Positions 7,249-13,237 of a DNA stretch of 13,237 nucleotides are shown here, piece after piece. Both the position numbers and the translations under genes were made by a program. Location of the stretch: contig DASPSR010000043.1 of NCBI GenBank assembly GCA_035623825.1, positions 1 to 13,237 of the forward strand, in the 5' to 3' direction. The notes under the pieces were generated by a model. That model made no database searches, was not told the origin of the DNA, and saw nothing but the letters and a program-made list of their open reading frames with translations. Numbering within the stretch: the stretch's first letter is position 1; each line of letters begins with the position of its first letter. This DNA is from Nitrospirota bacterium. GTDB taxonomy: Bacteria; Nitrospirota; UBA9217.

Positions 7249-8364
7249 CTATCGCACAATCAGATTTCCCTCATGGCTCAAGACCATGAATTTGTCATTC
7301 CCGGCATACTGCAGCTCGACAGCGCTATACTGACCACCACTGAGCGAACCCCCGGTCCCGGGTGTAGTGCTCTGAGCCCACTGCGGGCAAGAGGGATAGA
7401 TTCCGCCTCCGAGGATTACGGCGGCCAGCTTAGTGCCGTCCGAGGGCGAGGTAACTAGTGCCTTTTTGACAGGAAACTGCTCGCATATTTGAATCCAAAT
7501 ATTATCGATAGTTTCAATATAACCCACAATGGACTGGCCTGGATTTTGTGCAATCTTCCAACCGCCTGTACCAATGCCGGATACCGCGACAATATCACCT
7601 ACTTTGAGAGAAGTCGAAGTAGGTAGAGTGATCACGATCTGTGAAGTGCTATCAGCCAGGTATCCGGTATTTGGAACAGCCTGCACCGGAGAAGTGGTGA
7701 CATCCACCCATTTGATCCCGGCGACACTGCAAACGTAGGTCGTCGAAGTCACCTCGCCCGGCTGGAGTATGCCATCATTGGCAATGCCGCCGTTATTGCC
7801 ATTATCCAGTCCGGAGCTTACCTTTAACCCTCCATACTCACAATTGCTTCCAGATGGCTCTGAAACGATTGAAACAAGCGAATTATATCCATTTGTGCCG
7901 TTGGTGCCGTTTGTGCCGTTCGCGCCATTACAGATGTAGTCGCTGGAGGTTATCTCTGATGGATCGAGGACGCCGTTATTGTTCGTATCAAGGCCCACGT
8001 TCAGCTTGTAGCCGCCATAGGGACAGTTCGCGCCCGGGGGTTCGTTCACCACGGATATGAGCGATGACAGGCCGTCTGTGCCATTACAGAGGTAACTGCT
8101 GGAGGTTATCTCTGATGGATCGAGGACGCCGTTATTGTTCGTATCGAGGCCCACATTCAGCTTGTAGCCGCCATAGGGACAGTTCGCGCCCGGGGGTTCG
8201 TTCACCACGGATATGAGCGCTGACTGACCGTTTGTGCCGCTTGTACCAGGTCCGCCGTTCCCGCCAGGTCCGCCGTTCCCGCCATTTCCTCCGTTTGCGC
8301 CACACCCTATGAGCAGGACCACCATCGAAAATATCAGAATCATGATACTAAAAATCCGTTTCAT
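7249..8364 (-). CDS. Surface lipoprotein with collagen-like G-X-Y linkers, three Cys-bounded DxNxNG repeats (DUF7151-like) and a fibre-tip-like C-terminal domain; putative adhesin
   Basis: SD AAGGAGGG then ATG 8364; lipobox LLIG-C; GANGGNGGNGGPGGNGGPGTSGTNG; EPPGANCPYGG..GLDTNNNGVLDPSE..Y.CNG twice plus a divergent third copy; C-terminal ITLP..GD.V.V.G.G.GGWKIAQN domain. Confidence 0.85.
   Translation of the reverse strand: MKRIFSIMILIFSMVVLLIGCGANGGNGGNGGPGGNGGPGTSGTNGQSALISVVNEPPGANCPYGGYKLNVGLDTNNNGVLDPSEITSSSYLCNGTDGLSSLISVVNEPPGANCPYGGYKLNVGLDTNNNGVLDPSEITSSDYICNGANGTNGTNGTNGYNSLVSIVSEPSGSNCEYGGLKVSSGLDNGNNGGIANDGILQPGEVTSTTYVCSVAGIKWVDVTTSPVQAVPNTGYLADSTSQIVITLPTSTSLKVGDIVAVSGIGTGGWKIAQNPGQSIVGYIETIDNIWIQICEQFPVKKALVTSPSDGTKLAAVILGGGIYPSCPQWAQSTTPGTGGSLSGGQYSAVELQYAGNDKFMVLSHEGNLIVR
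7924..8219. repeat. Intragenic direct repeat, two 140-nt copies with a 156-nt period
   Basis: 7924-8063 versus 8080-8219; 6 mismatches by manual alignment (about 96% identical). Confidence 0.95.
8246..8281. repeat. Perfect 18-nt tandem repeat (2 copies) in the collagen-like linker
   Basis: CCAGGTCCGCCGTTCCCG x2, encoding GGNGGP repeats. Confidence 0.9.
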
Positions 8365-8614
8365 ATGACCCTCCTTGGGTCTGTCCGCAGTCTCGAAGTT
8401 GCTTGTCTGCCCGGACTGCAATACCAGCACGATTATTTCCATTACGATGAAGGCAAGAAAATCCAGGCCATGCGCAAAGGTCTCTATTACCTATTCCAAA
8501 CCTACCGTCTGCCTTCGAAAAAGTGAATCGCTTACCATCAGATATTGTAAATATTTGATTACACTAAGGTTTTAACGGCTTTTTCAGCTTTCCTGTCCTT
8601 GACTTTTGACCAAT

Positions 8615-8659
8615 AAAAAAGCCGAGCGTACCTGAAGCAATATCCTTCGGCAGCCCGGC
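8615..8659 (-). terminator. Riboswitch expression-platform terminator overlapping the aptamer 3' strand
   Basis: RNA GCCGGGC-UGCC-GAAG...CUUC-A-GGUA-C-GCUCGGC-UUUUUU; the 5' arm is the aptamer's P3/P1 3' strand. Confidence 0.9.
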
Positions 8660-8726
8660 TGTCTTGTCATCCAAGACCCTTTGCTTTCCGTCCCCTCCTC
8701 ACGAAGGGTTTGGCTTTATCGGGTAT
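8641..8726 (-). ncRNA. GEMM-I (c-di-GMP-I class) cyclic-dinucleotide riboswitch
   Basis: Minus strand AUACCCGAUAAAGCCAAACCCUUC-GUGA-GGAGGGGACGGAAAGCAAAGGGUCUUGGAUGACAAGACAGCCGGGCUGCCGAAGGAUA: AAA bulge in P2, GNRA (GUGA) loop, GGGACGGAAAGC junction, GGGUCU..AGACAGCC P3, 3' GCCG. Confidence 0.95.
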
Positions 8727-8734
8727 TTTACTAT

Positions 8735-8763
8735 ATTATAATAATTAATACTAAAGTTGTCAA
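8735..8763 (-). promoter_or_regulatory. Perfect-consensus sigma70 promoter driving the riboswitch leader
   Basis: TTGACA (8763-8758), 17 nt spacer, TATAAT (8740-8735); predicted start about 8728, immediately before the aptamer. Confidence 0.9.
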
Positions 8764-9016
8764 TTTCGATTTTCTGCAACTTATTAACTTAATTGCATTA
8801 TAATTTGAGTTTATTTCGTGAAAGGATTCAGCGGGGATGCCTAAAAGGGAATATCCCGATTGCAAACCGATACGCTCAAGTTCCCTGGCAGAAATCCGGG
8901 CATCCTGCTTTTTCATTAAGAAAGATTACCGACGCGTTTGCGGGGATGTCATGTTAAAATGGATGAAGTGAACCATTAAATTCGGATATAATTTGGGAGA
9001 CCAGGAGGAGAAAGTC

Positions 9017-10153
9017 ATGTCCTTGGTGATTGGCGTGCCACGGGAGACCGCGCCGGGAGAACGGCGCGTCGCCGTGTTTCCGGACGTGGTCAGGAAATAC
9101 ATCGCCCTCGGTGCCGAGGTCTGCATCGAGACAGGGGCCGGAGACGGGAGCTATTTCCACGACAAGGACTTCAACACCGCCTGCATCGTCGAGAGCATCG
9201 CCGAGGTCTTCGAGCGGTCCCAGGTCATCCTCAAGGTCCAACCGCCGGCCCCGTACGAAATCAAGAGGATGAAGCCCGGGTCCGCGGTCATAGGCTTTTT
9301 GGCCCCTTTCGATAGCATTGAGCGGGCGCAGCTCCTTTGCGAGCGAAACGTGACGAGCTTCGCCGTGGAACTCATTCCACGCATATCCCGGGCCCAGAGC
9401 ATGGACGCCCTCTCCTCCCAGGCCACCGTGTCAGGATACCTTTGCGCGCTGATCGCGGCGGAAAACTCGTCGAAATTCTTTCCCATGATCACCTCCGCCG
9501 CAGGGACGCTCCGGCCCGCCCGGGTGCTCGTCATTGGCGCGGGCGTCGCCGGGCTTCAGGCGATGGCCACGGCCCACCGGCTTGGCGCCGTCGTCGAGGC
9601 CTACGACGTGAGGCCTGAGACACGGGAACACGCCGAGTCCGTGGGCGCCCGTTTCATCGAGACCGGCGTCTCCGCCTCCGGGATGGGCGGCTATGCACGG
9701 GAGCTCACCGTGGATGAGAAAAAGCTCCAGCAGGAGAAGCTCGCAAAGGCCGTGACCCAGACGGATGTGCTGATCACCACCGCCGCGCTTCTGGGCAAGA
9801 GGAGCCCTCTGATCATTACCGATGAAATGGTCAGGAGCATGAAGCGGGGCGCGATCATCGTCGACATGGCCGCCGAGGGAGGCGGCAACGTGGCGGGCAC
9901 GCGGCCGGGCGAGACAGTCCAGATTGGCGACGTCACGATCTTCGGGCCCGTGAACCTGCCCTCGCGCATGCCGGTCCATGCCTCGGAGATGTACTCCAAG
10001 AACCTGTACAATTTCCTCGTACCGCTCATAAACGACGGGGAATTGAAACTCGACTGGAACGACGAGGTCGTCGCGGGCAGCGCCTTTACCCACGAGGGCA
10101 CGATCCGAAACGAAGGGGTGAGGAAGGCGCTGGAGGGACAGAAAAGTTCATAG
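9017..10153 (+). CDS. pntAA: NAD(P) transhydrogenase subunit alpha part 1 (domain I)
   Basis: IGVPRET..GERRVA, IPRISRAQSMDALSSQ, GAGVAGLQA, GGYARE, VDMAAEGGGN; SD AGGAGGAG before ATG 9017. Confidence 0.97.
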   Translation: MSLVIGVPRETAPGERRVAVFPDVVRKYIALGAEVCIETGAGDGSYFHDKDFNTACIVESIAEVFERSQVILKVQPPAPYEIKRMKPGSAVIGFLAPFDSIERAQLLCERNVTSFAVELIPRISRAQSMDALSSQATVSGYLCALIAAENSSKFFPMITSAAGTLRPARVLVIGAGVAGLQAMATAHRLGAVVEAYDVRPETREHAESVGARFIETGVSASGMGGYARELTVDEKKLQQEKLAKAVTQTDVLITTAALLGKRSPLIITDEMVRSMKRGAIIVDMAAEGGGNVAGTRPGETVQIGDVTIFGPVNLPSRMPVHASEMYSKNLYNFLVPLINDGELKLDWNDEVVAGSAFTHEGTIRNEGVRKALEGQKSS

Positions 10154-10234
10154 TTCGTCGATCATAGCCAAAGTCATGCGATTTCAACTGTAAATTATCA
10201 TCTATTAAATAGAGCTTTATTCCGGAGGAATACA

Positions 10235-10549
10235 ATGGAGGTCTTTGCCGCACTTTACATATTCCTGCTTGCAGCGTTCACGGGCTATGAGGTGATCGCG
10301 CGGGTTCCGGTGATCCTGCATACGCCGCTCATGTCCGGCTCCAACTTCGTGCACGGCGTCGTGCTCGTCGGCGCCATGGTCGCCCTTGGCGAGGCGCGCA
10401 CGCCCTTCGAGCAGGCCGTCGGCTTCGTGGCCGTACTGCTGGGCGCGGCCAACGCCGTGGGCGGCTACGTCGTCACCGAACGGATGCTTGCGATGTTCCA
10501 GAGCAAATCGCAGAGCGCACAGCGCAAAACGCAAAGCAGAAAGGGATAA
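10235..10549 (+). CDS. pntAB: NAD(P) transhydrogenase subunit alpha part 2 (membrane)
   Basis: VP.ILHTPLMSGSNFVHG and NAVGGYVVTERMLAMF; SD GGAGG. Confidence 0.96.
   Translation: MEVFAALYIFLLAAFTGYEVIARVPVILHTPLMSGSNFVHGVVLVGAMVALGEARTPFEQAVGFVAVLLGAANAVGGYVVTERMLAMFQSKSQSAQRKTQSRKG
10504..10545 (+). repeat. Degenerate heptamer tandem repeat at the pntAB 3' end
   Basis: CAAATCG CAGAGCG CACAGCG CAAAACG CAAAGCA GAAAGGG. Confidence 0.6.
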
Positions 10550-10576
10550 TGCCATGCGCAGATCGAAGGACCTGTC

Positions 10577-11953
10577 ATGACTGAAAAACTCCTGATCAAC
10601 ACCAGCTACCTCGTCGTTGCGGTCCTGTTCATCCTGGGGCTCAGGGCGATGTCCTCGCCTGTCACCGCTCGGCGCGGCATCGGCTGGGCAGGCATCGGCA
10701 TGGTCCTGGCCACGCTCGTCACCTTCCTCTGGCCGGGGATGAGAAATTACGCGCTCATGTGCCTCGCCCTTGCCCTGGGCGGCGGCCTCGCCTGGTGGTC
10801 TGGGGCCTCGGTCAAGATGACCGAAATGCCCCAGATGGTAGCCCTGTACAACGGCATGGGCGGGGGCGCCGCGGCCGCCATTGCCGCAATCGAACTGGGC
10901 CGCGGCCTGGCGCACGACGCCGTATCCACGGCGCTCGCGGCCCTGGGCGCAGTGATCGGCACGGTCTCCTTCTCAGGTTCCCTCGTCGCCTTTGCCAAGC
11001 TCCAGGGCATCATTCGCAGGACATTCCGCTTGCCAGGCCAGAACGCGGTCAACGCGGTCCTGGCGCTGCTCACCCTGCTCGCCGGCACTGGCATGGCTTC
11101 CGCCGAGCACGCGAGTACCGCAAAGATCGTCACGTTCTTCGCTCTCGCAGCTGTCCTCGGCGCGATCGTCACCCTGCCGGTGGGCGGTGCGGACATGCCG
11201 GTTGTGATCTCTCTCTTCAATGCCTTCACAGGCCTGGCCGTAGGGTTCGAGGGCTACGTGCTGAACAATCCGGCCTTGATCATCGCCGGCATCGTGGTCG
11301 GCGCTGCCGGCACGCTCCTCACCCAGCTCATGGCCAGGGCCATGAACCGCAAGCTCATCCACATCCTGTTCAAGCCCATCACGGGTGAGGCTCGGGCCGG
11401 CGCTGGCGTCACGGGGACGATGAAGGAAGTGGCTGCCCTGGACGCAGCGTCGATGCTTAGGTACGCGCGGAAGGTGATCATCGTGCCGGGCTACGGCATG
11501 GCCGTGGGCCAGGCCCAGCACAAGGTCATGGAAATGTTCGAGCTCCTGGAGGAGGCGGGGGTGGAGGTCAAGTTCGCGATCCATCCGGTCGCAGGCAGGA
11601 TGCCAGGCCATATGAACGTGCTTCTTGCCGAAGCAGGGGTCCCGTACGACAAGATTTTCGACATCGAAGAGATCAATGAGGAATTCGACCAGACCGACGT
11701 GGCGCTCGTGATCGGCGCAAACGACGTTGTGAACCCCGCCGCGCGCACGGACAAATCAAGCCCAATCTACGGCATGCCGATCCTGAACGCCGACCGCGCT
11801 CATTTGGTGATCGTGATCAAACGCGGCCAGGGCGCGGGCTACTCGGGCATAGAGAACGCGCTTTTCTACGCCGAGAACACCCGCATGCTCTACGGCAGCG
11901 CCCAGCAGGTCGTGAGTGAGGTGATCAAGCACATAAAAGCAATGGCGGGCTGA
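10577..11953 (+). CDS. pntB: NAD(P) transhydrogenase subunit beta
   Basis: MTEMPQMVALYNGMGG, GGADMPVVISLFN, PGYGMAV, HPVAGRMPGHMNVLLAEA, GANDVVNPAA. Confidence 0.98.
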   Translation: MTEKLLINTSYLVVAVLFILGLRAMSSPVTARRGIGWAGIGMVLATLVTFLWPGMRNYALMCLALALGGGLAWWSGASVKMTEMPQMVALYNGMGGGAAAAIAAIELGRGLAHDAVSTALAALGAVIGTVSFSGSLVAFAKLQGIIRRTFRLPGQNAVNAVLALLTLLAGTGMASAEHASTAKIVTFFALAAVLGAIVTLPVGGADMPVVISLFNAFTGLAVGFEGYVLNNPALIIAGIVVGAAGTLLTQLMARAMNRKLIHILFKPITGEARAGAGVTGTMKEVAALDAASMLRYARKVIIVPGYGMAVGQAQHKVMEMFELLEEAGVEVKFAIHPVAGRMPGHMNVLLAEAGVPYDKIFDIEEINEEFDQTDVALVIGANDVVNPAARTDKSSPIYGMPILNADRAHLVIVIKRGQGAGYSGIENALFYAENTRMLYGSAQQVVSEVIKHIKAMAG

Positions 11954-12317
11954 CGGCCTTATTCGAAAGCCGCCTTATTGTTGTGTAAAATTATCAATAC
12001 AACCAGTAAATTTTACTTACGAGACGCACATTGGTGCGTTAAATGCGCACATAGTCTTCACATGACCTTGGGGTTTAATGCCCGAAGAGCAAGGCAGTTA
12101 AAAGGCTTGATTTCCTAAAAATAGGTGGATTCAGTGATTTGATGCTGAAAGAACATGTGATTAATTAGCGTTTAATATTTGTTTAGTACATCTGCAAACA
12201 TGTACTGCGATCAATTCTAATTTCTGCGAATTACCGCTTGAAACCAGCAAAACGTCTTTTTGCTCACCTTTGTTTTACCGTCTCTTCATAGTTAGCCTTC
12301 TTCGATCTGTTTCTCCG

Positions 12318-12370
12318 AAAAAGTCAGAAAGGAAGGGCAGTGTGCCCTTCCTTTCTGATAAATTTTTTCT
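12318..12370. terminator. Strong 16-bp hairpin terminator, probably bidirectional
   Basis: TCAGAAAGGAAGGGCA (12324-12339), GTG loop, TGCCCTTCCTTTCTGA (12343-12358), flanked by A-rich and T-rich tracts. Confidence 0.85.
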
Positions 12371-12543
12371 CATGTGTGGACAGGCAGTCCGTTTGTCGTG
12401 AAGTCGCCGTGCACGCTGGCCAGCCATGCATACGGCGCGATTTCCGTCTTCCAGCCGTTCATTGTATCTGCCGCGTACGCTCCCGCTCCGGTGAACAGAA
12501 ATAGCGCAATAAGGATCGATCACACGATGGTTGTTGTCTTCAT
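12370..12543 (-). pseudogene. Truncated outer-membrane beta-barrel gene remnant
   Basis: Hand translation from ATG 12543: MKTTTIV*SILIALFLFTGAGAYA-ADTMNGWKTEIAPYAWLASVHGDFTTNGLPVHT*. Signal peptide broken by TGA (12522-12520); W-x-x-x-x-x-PY-x-W-x-x-x-x-x-G first-strand motif; second TGA at 12372-12370. Confidence 0.75.
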
Positions 12544-12547
12544 ATTA

Positions 12548-13228
12548 TTATTTTGTCTCCGTACCTTTTAACGATTTTCTAGCTCTTAGTGACGTCCAAG
12601 ACTTGTCAATCCTCTCCCCCCATTGTTTAAAAGCATCCTCGACTTCACCCCACTTAGTGAATCTCTCTCCAAATGATGCGGCTAACTCGCCATACCCTGC
12701 CGCAATCGGTTTGTTTGTCATAGAATCCAAGAAAATCACTTCCCCTTTGGTCAGGCCTCCACCGGTCCACTCCCCCTCCGCCCCTTTCTCAACGAGGCTG
12801 ATGGCCATCCCTACTGGGAGCACCGTAGTAACGACGCTCTCGGCAGGCTTGCTCTGTTTAAGGTCGGTAATCGCAAATTTGATCCGTACAACGTCAGGGC
12901 CCGGCTCGGACACGACCTCATACTTTTCCTTGATGGCATTCACGAGCGCAAGGCTCGCGGCATCTGCAAGCTTTTTCATTTCAACAGCATTGATTCCCTT
13001 GTACTCGGAATGGGCATCAAGTCCGAAGATCACATAATCAATCATGGCCTTGTTGTATTTTGAGAAATCGACCCCCGGTTTAAGCCAGCGCATCGTGTGT
13101 TCGTCCGCGCGCTCAAATACGCCCAGGTACTCTTTAGGCACGAATACTCCTTCGTACTTTATCGGCGTAGTTGTGGCGCAATCTGCTAGAACCATTAACC
13201 CCACGAGAACTATCAAAAACTTTTTCAT
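12548..13228 (-). CDS. DUF3313 family lipoprotein-like protein (atypical lipobox LAD-C)
   Basis: RWLKPGVDFSKYNK, VVSEPGPDVVRIKFAITDL, E..F.DS.TNK.IAA, AFKQWGE motifs; N-terminal signal with Cys17. Confidence 0.85.
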   Translation of the reverse strand: MKKFLIVLVGLMVLADCATTTPIKYEGVFVPKEYLGVFERADEHTMRWLKPGVDFSKYNKAMIDYVIFGLDAHSEYKGINAVEMKKLADAASLALVNAIKEKYEVVSEPGPDVVRIKFAITDLKQSKPAESVVTTVLPVGMAISLVEKGAEGEWTGGGLTKGEVIFLDSMTNKPIAAGYGELAASFGERFTKWGEVEDAFKQWGERIDKSWTSLRARKSLKGTETK

Positions 13229-13237
13229 TTTTCTTTC

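Noticed and set aside
7924-8219. Diversity-generating retroelement TR/VR pair
   Set aside because: The six differences are not adenine-specific on either strand, both copies are in-frame modules of one gene, and no reverse transcriptase is present.
8954-11754. Numerous long antisense and alternate-frame ORFs over the pnt operon (e.g. 9431..10093, 10217..10915, 10759..11388, 10973..11611)
   Set aside because: Shadow ORFs from GC-rich codon usage overlapping well-conserved genes; no recognisable motifs.
9017-11953. Split alpha subunit of transhydrogenase as a novelty
   Set aside because: The three-gene pntAA/pntAB/pntB layout is the established Rhodospirillum rubrum-type organisation.
11954-12300. 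AT-rich spacer as an ncRNA or CRISPR leader
   Set aside because: Only short imperfect palindromes; no direct-repeat array or recognisable RNA motif.
12275-12523. 82-aa ORF MIDPYCAIS...
   Set aside because: It is an off-frame reading of the barrel pseudogene and runs through a terminator hairpin.
12370-12543. TGA recoding (Trp, Gly or Sec) to rescue the beta-barrel remnant
   Set aside because: TGA is the normal stop of rpsU, the AsnC-domain gene, the pilin and pntB. No SECIS-like hairpin follows the first TGA, and the frame runs into a terminator after the second.

Overview
A mosaic 13.2-kb window from a diderm (Gram-negative) bacterium. The Geobacter-style riboswitch hints at Nitrospirota or Desulfobacterota, but that is inference only. 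Left to right it holds: the 5' end of a Csu/SCPU-type chaperone-usher pilus operon whose first gene is apparently broken by a frameshifting deletion; a divergent RRM RNA-binding protein-rpsU (bS21) pair; a Cys-rich DUF3109/YkgJ-like gene; an 8-stranded OM beta-barrel under a class II CRP/FNR-type promoter; a stand-alone Lrp/AsnC ligand-binding protein; a VOC protein with a basic tail; a DUF1579 protein; an 85-bp hairpin element; and a secreted DUF4124-retropepsin protease under a sigma28-like promoter. Next comes a repeat-rich fibre-like surface lipoprotein controlled by a perfect sigma70 promoter plus a GEMM-I cyclic-dinucleotide riboswitch with an overlapping terminator (ON-switch layout). 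The window ends with a three-gene transhydrogenase operon (pntAA-pntAB-pntB) and a decaying DUF3313 lipoprotein / OM beta-barrel pseudogene pair. No rRNA, tRNA, CRISPR array or transposase was seen. All family names come from motif recognition by eye, not database searches.
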